Positions 28,182 to 36,173 of a DNA stretch of 37,468 bases are shown piece by piece; position 1 is the stretch's first letter; each line of letters opens with the position of its first letter. The notes beneath the pieces were generated by a model. That model had not been told where the DNA came from. It ran no database searches and saw only the letters and a program-made list of their open reading frames with translations. A program made the position numbers and the translations under genes. This DNA comes from a virus (Duplodnaviria > Caudoviricetes). Where the stretch lies: IMG/VR virus record IMGVR_UViG_3300037423_002659, positions 1-37,468 of that record; one strand, 5' to 3'.

Positions 28182-28589
28182 TCATGTTTTACTCAGGCCT
28201 TCGACGCCGCGGGCTTCACGATCATTGGTTCGCTTCTCAAGCCACAACAGGCACTCGTCGAGCTTCGTGATCGCCATCGAGTTCTCGCGACACGGAAACT
28301 TCGCGTTCAGTCCTTCAAGGATGACCTTCGTAGCAGCGATGATCGTGTTCACCTGGCATCCATTCACACCTACCTCTTTGACAGGGCCATTTTGGATGGT
28401 GAACGAGAGCGAGTTTTTATCGTTGCGAACATAGATGAAATGATTGGGGCGGATGTCCTTTTCGAACCACTGCCAATCCATCGCGCCCGACTCGTTGAAC
28501 TTGTCAGGGAACTTCTCACGAAGTTCATCCATCACCACGACGTTAAATCCGTCGATCTTCTCTACCCCTTTGAGTGTCTCAAGTGCCAT
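28182..28589 (-). CDS. tad1: Tad1-like anti-defence sponge protein
   Basis: IQNGPVKE..NG...FPCRENSMAITKLDECLLWLEKRTNDREARGVEG matches the Tad1 C-terminal pattern as recalled (FQKG...[31 protein letters not shown]). Confidence 0.75.
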   Translation of the reverse strand: MALETLKGVEKIDGFNVVVMDELREKFPDKFNESGAMDWQWFEKDIRPNHFIYVRNDKNSLSFTIQNGPVKEVGVNGCQVNTIIAATKVILEGLNAKFPCRENSMAITKLDECLLWLEKRTNDREARGVEGLSKT

Positions 28590-28611
28590 ACTCGCCTCCT
28601 ATCAGTTTAAG

Positions 28612-28692
28612 TGGCTCAGGTCGGACTCGAACCGACAATGCTTGCGCGACGGCTTTTGAGGCCGCTGAGTTTACCTTCTTCTCCACTGAGCC
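28612..28692 (-). tRNA. tRNA-Leu(CAA)
   Basis: GGCTCAG/CTGAGCC acceptor, anticodon loop CT-CAA-AA, variable arm, GTCGG-TTCGAGT-CCGAC, discriminator A; CCA not encoded. Confidence 0.9.
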
Positions 28693-28697
28693 GTAGC

Positions 28698-29732
28698 TTA
28701 TGTGTCAATGCTGTCCTCGTTGCGACTGCGGAAGTACCCACGAATCTGATCGCGCAACTTCATCTGCCGCTCATCCCAAGTCTCAAGCTTCAACAGGCCC
28801 TGAGAGTCTCGGGTGAGGTCGTAGAGCGGATCGAAGTTCGCGTCGCGGAGGATCTTCCAGCGGTCCGTGTAGCCGCGGTCCTTCTTCTTTCCGTGCCAGA
28901 AGTGATAGATGGAACCAGGCACGAAGCCCACGTCACGTTTCACCCAGCGCTCGGCTCGCCGCTGCCACTGCATGAGTGCATTGCGATACTGCTCGTTGAG
29001 GTGCTCGAAGCTCTGCTCCATGCAGCCGATGAGGCCAAGAGCCATGTGTCGGTCGCCAGCGCCCAATATCGCGAAGTCGATGAGCGGACCCCCTATCGGT
29101 CCACCTAAATTATCAAGAGCCTCTCTCGTCGCGGCCCAGGCGTAGCCCGGATGACCATGGAGTTCGTGATAGGCGTCCTCTTTCCAATATCCTCCGCGCT
29201 TCGGCGACTGATAGCCTGACTTCACATACCGCGACATGAACGATGTCATCGCTCCACTTGTCACGGTTCCGTTCGGATCTAGATCGAAGGCTGACTCGAA
29301 CATCTGCACGACGTGGTAGTGCTGCAGTTGCTGAACGGTCTCTTCGAGCCACACGCGGACGGAGCCAGTCATCGGCATGACATCGGCATCGATCCACGCA
29401 CAGTACTTCCAATCGGGCCAGACCTGCGAGGCGTAGTTGATTCCGATGTTGATCATGTTCTCTTTGTGCCAGAGCTCATCGACCGTGCGGATTTGGACGT
29501 GCTGTGGGTTCTCGGCGTCAGTGATCTCAAACGGACGTTCGCCGAATGCTTGCTCGACAGTGATCATCCTCGCGCCAGCCTGGTCCATCGCTTCAGCGAA
29601 TCTGCGATAGAGCTCGTATCGCGAGTTGAACCGGACCGGGTTTGAGCACACCGCGATCACGACGAGGTTCTGTAGCTTGTTCGATGAGAGTCCGACAGTC
29701 GTCGGCATGAACTTCCACTGGTCTTGCATCAC
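28698..29732 (-). CDS. GT-A-fold glycosyltransferase-like protein
   Basis: WHKENMINIG, CAWIDADV (DxD), HPGYAWA, GAGD and YHFWHG motifs. Confidence 0.7.
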   Translation of the reverse strand: MMQDQWKFMPTTVGLSSNKLQNLVVIAVCSNPVRFNSRYELYRRFAEAMDQAGARMITVEQAFGERPFEITDAENPQHVQIRTVDELWHKENMINIGINYASQVWPDWKYCAWIDADVMPMTGSVRVWLEETVQQLQHYHVVQMFESAFDLDPNGTVTSGAMTSFMSRYVKSGYQSPKRGGYWKEDAYHELHGHPGYAWAATREALDNLGGPIGGPLIDFAILGAGDRHMALGLIGCMEQSFEHLNEQYRNALMQWQRRAERWVKRDVGFVPGSIYHFWHGKKKDRGYTDRWKILRDANFDPLYDLTRDSQGLLKLETWDERQMKLRDQIRGYFRSRNEDSIDT

Positions 29733-30061
29733 CGCTCCTCCGGATATCCGCCAACAACGACGTGCTCGACACAGACTTGAATGCGCGGATTCTTCTCGCA
29801 GCTCTCACGACGACGCCGAGCTGCAGCCGCTCGACTAGCATTCGCAGCAGCGATAGCTGCCACCGATGCCGCAACGGCCGACGCACCGGCGTGAGCTTTC
29901 GGAACAATTGCATCGAAGAGAGACGTCACAGCGCAGTCTGGGTTTCGAACTTCCTCGTACTTTTGGCAGTGGAAAGACTCATAGCTCTTGAAGACGAGCG
30001 AGCGACCGCCGTCACATGCTGTGATTGAAAGTGCGATGATCGCGATTAGGAGGCACTTCAC
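29729..30061 (-). CDS. Putative lipoprotein
   Basis: MKCLLIAIIALSITAC lipobox; coupled overlaps at both ends. Confidence 0.6.
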   Translation of the reverse strand: MKCLLIAIIALSITACDGGRSLVFKSYESFHCQKYEEVRNPDCAVTSLFDAIVPKAHAGASAVAASVAAIAAANASRAAAARRRRESCEKNPRIQVCVEHVVVGGYPEER

Positions 30062-30399
30062 TTCTTCTCCTCATCGCATCCGATGTACTTGCACTCGAGC
30101 TTCCTTCCGATGCGCTCGATCACTTCAGCTGCGCCCTTCAGATTCTCCGGCGATGCGAGCTCAAGCTTGATGAGTCCGATGCGGACCTTCCAGAGATCAT
30201 CGACACTTGGGATGACAGATAGAGCCAGCAGACAGCCCACGCCAAGAATGTATCCCGCCAGATATGGGCGCACTTGCCTCCACGCTTCATTTACAGAAAG
30301 GTAAAACAGCGCAAAGAAGGACCCAATACCCACAACAAACAACAAACTATGGGCAGCGCTTTTCAAATTCGAAAACAAAGCCAGTGCGAATTCCATCAT
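30058..30399 (-). CDS. Membrane protein
   Basis: Two TM segments; coupled overlaps. Confidence 0.65.
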   Translation of the reverse strand: MMEFALALFSNLKSAAHSLLFVVGIGSFFALFYLSVNEAWRQVRPYLAGYILGVGCLLALSVIPSVDDLWKVRIGLIKLELASPENLKGAAEVIERIGRKLECKYIGCDEEKK

Positions 30400-30578
30400 T
30401 TCACCTCAACGCAGACGGAGCGGACTTCCTTCACGGTGCCGTCCATCAGTTTCCTCGCTGCGGAACCAGCAGCTTCGCAGGAAGCCTTCGACTGAAAGCC
30501 CGGAACAGAGGTGATTGCGTTGCTGTTCCCAGTGCCCATCACTCCGACGTGAATGGCGACGATAAGTGTCCAAGTCAT
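30396..30578 (-). CDS. Small hypothetical protein
   Basis: FQSKASCEAA...C motif common in small phage proteins; coupled to the MTase stop. Confidence 0.65.
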   Translation of the reverse strand: MTWTLIVAIHVGVMGTGNSNAITSVPGFQSKASCEAAGSAARKLMDGTVKEVRSVCVEVK

Positions 30579-31783
30579 TTTTCTTCTCCGTTTCCTTCAG
30601 GCCACACTTGCTCGAATTCAATCCGGCGTTCAGCGATCTCAAAGTATTGCGGATCTCGCTCGATGCCGATGAAATCAAAGCCCTCTTTTGCGCACGCGAC
30701 ACCTGTCGTACCGCTACCCATGAATGGGTCGAGGCATACGCCGCCTTTTGGAGTCACGAGACGCACGAGGTATTGCATGAGTTTTACGGGTTTCACGGTT
30801 GGATGCAGATTGTCTTTTCCGCGCTCGCCTTTCGAAGCTTTCGCCACATAGAAAAAGCGAGAGGCGCCAATTTTATCGCCATCATCAAGGCGTCGTACGT
30901 TGTGTTTAGCCCCCATATGATAAGCGGCTGAATCTTTGCGAGCCTCCGACTCAATCCATTTATCCCGAGCCTTCCCGGCCGAATGAATGCCACCCGCAAT
31001 ACTCTGCGCATCGAGCATTTCCGCCGCCGTCTCGTCTAGCAGAACATTGCTCGGGAAGCGGCCGAGAGCGTGTTGCTCACATAAAATGCCCTTTGCACCA
31101 TTTCCTTGAGTGAGTCCATTCATCAATTTGCCAGACCCTATTGACAGCTTCTCCGACGTCTCAATCCGGCACCCATCGATATTCAAACCGCCGCAGCCGT
31201 ACTTCAGCACATTCGCCGCGATAGTTCCTTCGACCGGCTTTCTCGCGAGCACGATTGGTTCATTCGCTGGCTTTAAGGCTGTGCCCCAGCCAGACCAATG
31301 TTTCGCTTCGGGCGTTGCAGGCGCGGTGATGACTAGATTTGAGTCGCGCGAAATCGGATCAGCAAAAGTTGAGTTGCCACCTAGCTTTTGTGTCTTCCTA
31401 GCTTTTGAACCGTCCGCAAAAGTCTTATCACCAATCACTTCCCGCTCAGCCCCAGCCGCTTTATCAATCGCCTTCGAAATATCGAGCGACTTCGGGAATC
31501 CCTGACCGTAAATCCATTGAAGCTGATCGCGAATCTCGAAACCCGCATCCTCAATTCGCACAACGCCGCGATGATAGGTGCGCGTCCCGAAGTACGCGAG
31601 AAGGTGCCCGCCCGGTTTCAGTACGCGTATGCACTCGCGCCATACTTCGACTGAAGGCACGTCGTAATCCCATTTCTTTCCCATGAACGCGAGGCCATAA
31701 GGCGGATCAGTTACGACGCTATCGACTGAGTTGTCAGGGAGGGTTTTGAGTTGCTCTAAGCAGTCACCGAGGAGAAGTTTCAT
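30575..31783 (-). CDS. DNA N6-adenine/N4-cytosine methyltransferase (beta class)
   Basis: VTDPPY catalytic motif before HPTVKP and DPFMGSGTTG SAM-binding motif. Confidence 0.93.
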   Translation of the reverse strand: MKLLLGDCLEQLKTLPDNSVDSVVTDPPYGLAFMGKKWDYDVPSVEVWRECIRVLKPGGHLLAYFGTRTYHRGVVRIEDAGFEIRDQLQWIYGQGFPKSLDISKAIDKAAGAEREVIGDKTFADGSKARKTQKLGGNSTFADPISRDSNLVITAPATPEAKHWSGWGTALKPANEPIVLARKPVEGTIAANVLKYGCGGLNIDGCRIETSEKLSIGSGKLMNGLTQGNGAKGILCEQHALGRFPSNVLLDETAAEMLDAQSIAGGIHSAGKARDKWIESEARKDSAAYHMGAKHNVRRLDDGDKIGASRFFYVAKASKGERGKDNLHPTVKPVKLMQYLVRLVTPKGGVCLDPFMGSGTTGVACAKEGFDFIGIERDPQYFEIAERRIEFEQVWPEGNGEEK

Positions 31784-32268
31784 TTCTCTCCCCTTGCTAT
31801 GCGAATCACTTCGATGAGTTTTTCAGCTGAAAGATCGAGTTTCAGCGGTGCCGAATCTTCACCGCCGCCTTCGAGAGCCATCTGATGCTTGTCTCGCCAC
31901 TCATCGGGCTTCCGATTCTTGAGCCAGAAGATCGCTGCTGTAACATCAGGCGGATATTGCTTCATCGTCTCGTGAGTGATGATCATGCCTTCGTGACAGA
32001 ACACCTTCTCTTCACGATGGGAGTAGCCGACCGCGCGGGAAAAGAGAGAAGCTTCGACCAAATCGTCTGCGACCTGCTTCGATTCGTTTAGGGCCCACAT
32101 AAAGTCGGGATGCTTGCCCTTCCAGTTGCGAAGCGTGTTGACATGGATGCCAATAATCTCGGCGATTTGTTCCTCAGTCTTGCCTGCAGAGCCGAGCTCA
32201 AGAATTTTTTCCTTCACTGCCACATTAAATTTGCTGGGCCGGCCGATCGGATTTCGCTCTTCGCTCAT
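31780..32268 (-). CDS. terS: Terminase small subunit
   Basis: GRPSKF, HTH, SLFSRAVGY, PPDVTAAIFWLKNRKPDEWRDK. Confidence 0.88.
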   Translation of the reverse strand: MSEERNPIGRPSKFNVAVKEKILELGSAGKTEEQIAEIIGIHVNTLRNWKGKHPDFMWALNESKQVADDLVEASLFSRAVGYSHREEKVFCHEGMIITHETMKQYPPDVTAAIFWLKNRKPDEWRDKHQMALEGGGEDSAPLKLDLSAEKLIEVIRIARGEK

Positions 32269-32498
32269 CGTCCGATTCCTCTCGTGAGAGCGAGGCCGTC
32301 AATGCGATCCTTGAGCGCCAGGATCTTCTTCTCGAGCTCGACGATCTGCTGAGTGCGCTCACGCTCAATGAAATGAAGGAACCCGAAGAGAGCGCACGCA
32401 ACAGCAAAGGCAAGAGCCGTGGGATAGCTCGGAGCGAGCGCCAGGGCGAGAGCCGCTCCGCAGATCACGGCGGCAGAGAAGTGAAACTTGAATTCCAT
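32265..32498 (-). CDS. Small membrane protein (from MEFKFH)
   Basis: RBS GGAGG; two hydrophobic segments plus coiled coil. Confidence 0.65.
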   Translation of the reverse strand: MEFKFHFSAAVICGAALALALAPSYPTALAFAVACALFGFLHFIERERTQQIVELEKKILALKDRIDGLALTRGIGR

Positions 32499-32514
32499 TG
32501 AGCCTCCGGAGAAG

Positions 32515-32590
32515 TGGCTGCGGGACCTGGGCTCGAACCAGGAACCTTCTGAGTCAAAGTCAGCTGATCTACCAATTGATCTATCCCGCA
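32515..32590 (-). tRNA. tRNA-Gln(UUG)
   Basis: TGCGGGA/TCCCGCA acceptor, D-arm GATC, loop CT-TTG-AC, CCTGG-TTCGAGC-CCAGG, G-CCA end encoded. Confidence 0.92.
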
Positions 32591-32597
32591 TCTAACG

Positions 32598-32767
32598 CGC
32601 ACCAGGAGGGACGAGCGAACTCCCGGCTCCCCTATGGGGTGATGTTCGCCCTTCCCTTGAGCTACGACTTCAGCTCCGGAGCCCGCACTCCGCCCTTGGG
32701 CTCATTCGACCGGAGCCAATTCGGAAGCTGAAGGCTTCTCTTGCTCTTCTCTCATGCTTCTGGTGCG
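32598..32767 (-). ncRNA. Putative multi-stem small RNA at the head of the late operon
   Basis: Closing stem CGCACCAG/CTGGTGCG; inner stems CTTCAGCT/AGCTGAAG, GAGCCC/GGGCTC, AGGGA/TCCCT, GGGCGAAC/GTTCGCTC; seeds complementary to late-gene leaders. Confidence 0.65.
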
Positions 32768-32818
32768 TAGAGACTTCTCGCTCTTGAAAGTGGCAATTGA
32801 GCGTGCTGAAATCGCCTC

Positions 32819-33019
32819 ATGCAAAACGACATTCCTCGAATAAAGAAAGCCGTGCTCACGCAAAAGCTGAACATCGCCGTCGATGAGTCGACGAAGTCCG
32901 ACTACGACACCTTGAAGTCACGGCATGGGATTGATGTAGCTGAGTGTGTGCGCTCGGCCGTGCGCCGAGAGATCAAACGCCTGAAGGCGATCGTCGCTGA
33001 AGAGAATCAGTCCGCTTGA
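32819..33019 (+). CDS. Ribbon-helix-helix-like small DNA-binding protein
   Basis: KLNIAVD beta strand followed by two helices; own terminator downstream. Confidence 0.6.
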   Translation: MQNDIPRIKKAVLTQKLNIAVDESTKSDYDTLKSRHGIDVAECVRSAVRREIKRLKAIVAEENQSA

Positions 33020-33069
33020 CGACCACGCTCGAGAGATCGAGCATTGAACCTGTCCGGAGAGTCGCCTAG

Positions 33070-33097
33070 GGCCGCAGCATGGGGTTGCGGCCTTTTT
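33070..33097 (+). terminator. Rho-independent terminator
   Basis: GGCCGCAGC-ATGGG-GTTGCGGCC-TTTTT. Confidence 0.75.
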
Positions 33098-33669
33098 CAT
33101 TTCCGCGATTCTTTCAAACGCTTGATTTCATCCTCAAGCACCTTGATACGGACCTTCTTCAAGTTGAGATCGACCTCCAGCTTCCAGATCCGTGCGCTCA
33201 TCAACTCAGTTCCGGCCTTGTGTCCTGCACACCAAATTCGGTCTGTTTCCGCATCTCTCTTACTCTCATCGCCAGTCCGTAAGTTAGATCGCAAGAGGCC
33301 CGATCCCGTGTTTTGGTCTAGGCACTTCTGCCAGCCAGACTTGAACGCCTTTTCAGCAATGAACCTAGGGTCACTCCAAAAGTTCGTCGTGAGCATTTCG
33401 ATCTGCTGCTGGTTTTCAGGTTCGTTCCAAATCTCTTCCACCGACACGGGGGCGACGGGGTTTCTCTCGGGGAGGGCATTCGTTCTGCTGGCTTCCTCTG
33501 CCGCGAGATAGCCACGGCAAAACGCTTGGTACTCGCCAACTGTATAGTCTCCACCATTCTCAGCTTCGTCCTTGTCGGCAGCACGGCAGACGTGCTTTGG
33601 ATGGCTGTATGGGCTATCCAACTCATCCTCGTCGAAGTCTTTGGGGAGGGTTTCTTTCGGTTTACTCAT
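33097..33669 (-). CDS. Hypothetical protein (MSKPKETLP family)
   Basis: RBS GAGGAG; starts inside a junction repeat. Confidence 0.65.
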   Translation of the reverse strand: MSKPKETLPKDFDEDELDSPYSHPKHVCRAADKDEAENGGDYTVGEYQAFCRGYLAAEEASRTNALPERNPVAPVSVEEIWNEPENQQQIEMLTTNFWSDPRFIAEKAFKSGWQKCLDQNTGSGLLRSNLRTGDESKRDAETDRIWCAGHKAGTELMSARIWKLEVDLNLKKVRIKVLEDEIKRLKESRK

Positions 33670-34024
33670 GGGATTTCTCCTCAGCCGTAAGTTGAAACAC
33701 CTTTGGCCAGTTCACCAGCGCCTCGTTCACAAAGTCCAAGGCAACGCCTTCATTTCTTAAAGTCCAATCGAGTTGGTTTTCTGCCAGCTCTTTCGCGGTC
33801 AACAAGAAGTGTTGAGCGTCGATGAGGTTTTTTCTGATTTTTTCCATCTCACTCACCGCCTCGGAGGCGACGGGTTGAGCGGAGGGGGCATTCTCAAACG
33901 CCAGGTCCAATTCCTTTTGCCGAATCTGTCGCTCGTATTCGTGTACGTTCTTCGTCGATAGCTTCTTCGTTGCGAGTTGCTCTCTGAGCCACTGGATTTC
34001 GGTTTCGATTTGTTTCTTATTCAT
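33662..34024 (-). CDS. Hypothetical coiled-coil protein
   Basis: RBS GAGGTG; ends EEKSHE in the junction repeat. Confidence 0.65.
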   Translation of the reverse strand: MNKKQIETEIQWLREQLATKKLSTKNVHEYERQIRQKELDLAFENAPSAQPVASEAVSEMEKIRKNLIDAQHFLLTAKELAENQLDWTLRNEGVALDFVNEALVNWPKVFQLTAEEKSHE

Positions 34025-34065
34025 CACTCACCTCATCGAAGCCACAGGGGAGGGTTTCTTTCGGT

Positions 34066-34452
34066 TTACTCATGGGACTTCTCCTCAATCGTAAGTGTAA
34101 GCCGCCGGTAGTCAGTCCGGGTCGTGCATTGCGTACATTCCTGCCATTCCGATTTTTCGTAGCCATCTTTGAAGTGCGTTACCCATGCTCGACCTTCGCC
34201 TCGGCAGAAGTAGCAATCGGCTTTAGGTTTTCCATCCGCCTCACTCACCGCCACGGGTGCGACAAGGGCTTTCAGTCGATGCGCAATCAACTGCGCTTCC
34301 ATAATGAATTCGAGCGCTGTCATCGCATAGAAATCGACAGGTGTTCCCTTTGTCGCTTCCAAGACCGTAACGATCCAGCGATGGGCGCCGATGAGTTTTT
34401 CTTCTAACTCACTCGCGTCGAAGGTGGGGAGGGTTTCTTTCGAATCACTCAT
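34066..34452 (-). CDS. Hypothetical protein with CxxC-CxxC module
   Basis: CYFCRGEG...CTQC; starts MSDSKETLP and ends EEKSHE. Confidence 0.65.
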   Translation of the reverse strand: MSDSKETLPTFDASELEEKLIGAHRWIVTVLEATKGTPVDFYAMTALEFIMEAQLIAHRLKALVAPVAVSEADGKPKADCYFCRGEGRAWVTHFKDGYEKSEWQECTQCTTRTDYRRLTLTIEEKSHE

Positions 34453-34637
34453 GAGCCCGCCTCATTGTCTTCGCAGTAACCCACCACATCGCACACGGAC
34501 TCAATGAATTCATGAGCGTTCAGTATGACGTTGTCGCATTGGTAGATGGATTCAGAACTGTTGATCTCTTGTTTCTCAATAAAGGAGCGACAGACTTCCC
34601 AAAGCTTTTCCAGCTTTTCTGGTTCGACATAACTCAT
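34449..34637 (-). CDS. Hypothetical protein (from MSYVEP)
   Basis: RBS GAGGTGG; ATGA coupling on both sides. Confidence 0.65.
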   Translation of the reverse strand: MSYVEPEKLEKLWEVCRSFIEKQEINSSESIYQCDNVILNAHEFIESVCDVVGYCEDNEAGS

Positions 34638-35179
34638 GAGCCCACCTCTTTCTTCGCGCGTTGAATTCGTCCTTCTGTCGTCTCCCAATCCCAAAGAAGA
34701 TACATCTTGCCGTTCACCCAAATTCGCCAACACATCCGACATAGGTTTTCTTCAGGGGTGTCGTTACCATTGCAGCAACCAACGCAATCCTTTGTTTTGC
34801 CTCGGTCAATTTCTGACTGAATCTCCCTCACCAACTCCCTCAGTCGCTCAATCTCCGCGCGGTCCTTCTCGTACTGGTAACGTGCGCCAGCAGTGAACCA
34901 GATCGAATTCGTTACCGCTTTTATCGTTGGCTTCTTTCTGCCATCCATCGCCCGACGATAGCCTTCGTCATTCGCAGCCTTCTCATCAAAACCGTTGTTT
35001 TCGTCGGTCATTTCGTCACCCATTGCCATATTTTCCAGATCTCGCGTTGCTTTTTGCGCCTGAATTTTCGCCGATCTTTTGCATTCATTTTTATCAACCT
35101 GCCGAGCCATAAAAAGCCAACACCATGGAATGCCTATGTAAGCCAAACAGAAGCAGACGCTGAAGAGCAGAAATTCCAT
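34634..35179 (-). CDS. Hypothetical protein with N-terminal TM segment and Cys cluster
   Basis: Coupled ORF; an internal start at MTDENN is possible. Confidence 0.55.
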   Translation of the reverse strand: MEFLLFSVCFCLAYIGIPWCWLFMARQVDKNECKRSAKIQAQKATRDLENMAMGDEMTDENNGFDEKAANDEGYRRAMDGRKKPTIKAVTNSIWFTAGARYQYEKDRAEIERLRELVREIQSEIDRGKTKDCVGCCNGNDTPEENLCRMCWRIWVNGKMYLLWDWETTEGRIQRAKKEVGS

Positions 35180-35424
35180 TACTCAAACTCCTTGGCCTCA
35201 TAAATCACCAGATAGCCATCGAGCTTGCGCTTGGCATCTTTAAGCTTGGCGTAGATTGGATCGGTAATCGACTTGCGATGCGCGACTATCTTCGGACTAA
35301 ATCTCTGATCCACGTGCGGCCATTTCCTTGTGTACTCTCTCAACTCGTAATCGTATTGAGCCTTAAGCTTTCTTGCCTTCACAGATTCAGTTGCGATCTT
35401 GCGGAGAAGTTCGATCTCAGTCAT
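35179..35424 (-). CDS. Hypothetical protein
   Basis: RBS GAGGTG; coupled. Confidence 0.65.
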   Translation of the reverse strand: MTEIELLRKIATESVKARKLKAQYDYELREYTRKWPHVDQRFSPKIVAHRKSITDPIYAKLKDAKRKLDGYLVIYEAKEFE

Positions 35425-35567
35425 TTCAACACCTCAATTTGAACGTGTTGGAATACCCAGATCACGATCTCAACCAGCTTCCAAAGAGCTAGCGGGACTG
35501 CGATTACAAGTAGAAATATCATGAACCGATAAAGCCCAATAAAAGCATCACCAAGATTGCCGTACAT
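35421..35567 (-). CDS. 48-aa membrane protein (absent from the ORF track)
   Basis: MYGNLGDAFIGLYRFMIFLLVIAVPLALWKLVEIVIWVFQHVQIEVLK; TGATG and ATGA overlaps on either side. Confidence 0.7.
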   Translation of the reverse strand: MYGNLGDAFIGLYRFMIFLLVIAVPLALWKLVEIVIWVFQHVQIEVLK

Positions 35568-35779
35568 CACTCCACCTTCTTCTTCGCGACCTTCTTTTTC
35601 ACCTTCGATTTCTTTGACTTCAACTCAGGTGTCCTTAGCGACCATCCGAGCTTTGCACCTTCGACGTACGCCGCCTCAAGATACATGGCCCAATACTCGT
35701 ACGGAGCCGAGCCGCGCTCCCAACCAGCATCGAATTTCCTTGCGATCGCTCTAACTCTCTCCTCAGGAAATCCTTTCAC
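35567..35779 (-). CDS. Hypothetical protein with Lys-rich tail
   Basis: RBS GGAGGT; packed in operon. Confidence 0.6.
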   Translation of the reverse strand: MKGFPEERVRAIARKFDAGWERGSAPYEYWAMYLEAAYVEGAKLGWSLRTPELKSKKSKVKKKVAKKKVE

Positions 35780-35780
35780 T

Positions 35781-36173
35781 TCATACCTCCATTGCGATGA
35801 TTTCTATTTCGACACGCGGACCTTCGCCGAAAACCTTTCGGCTACCGTCGTGGCCTTGGATGATCTTGTCGTTCAATATGATGCCCGCCTTCTGGAGAGC
35901 GTCCTGAACCCCTTCGTAAAGATTAGAGAGGTCCGGTTCGTGAGCGTGGTTCTTGAAATAGAACCGGGCGCGAAGGATCACCGGTTCATCAATCGGATCT
36001 CGCCAGCCCCACAGACTCTTCAATTCGAGGACGGTCGAGTTCTCCCATGCGAGGTATCGATCGGACGGCAACGTGAATGTCCGTCTCTTGGCGAACGAGT
36101 ACTTCCGCTGAAGCGAGTTCTTCTTGATAGCCGCGCGTCCCTCGAGCGTCGCGCGAAAAAGTATCGTGCTCAT
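35781..36173 (-). CDS. rusA: RusA-family Holliday junction resolvase
   Basis: PDLSNLYEGVQDALQKAGIILNDKII acidic motif and PRVEIEI C-terminus. Confidence 0.88.
   Translation of the reverse strand: MSTILFRATLEGRAAIKKNSLQRKYSFAKRRTFTLPSDRYLAWENSTVLELKSLWGWRDPIDEPVILRARFYFKNHAHEPDLSNLYEGVQDALQKAGIILNDKIIQGHDGSRKVFGEGPRVEIEIIAMEV

Larger units (their letters stand above)
33643..34455. repeat. Dispersed gene-junction direct repeats (33643-33683, 34047-34087, partial 34426-34455)
   Basis: GGGGAGGGTTTCTTTCGGTTTACTCATGGGAYTTCTCCTCA, 40/41 identical between the first two copies. Confidence 0.85.

Noticed and set aside
28927-28938. 12-nt complementarity between the loop of motif copy 3 and the glycosyltransferase mRNA
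   Set aside because: Single short GC-rich match inside a CDS; compatible with chance
32791-32808. Sigma-54-like TGGCA...TGC
   Set aside because: GG to GC spacing is 11 rather than the required 10
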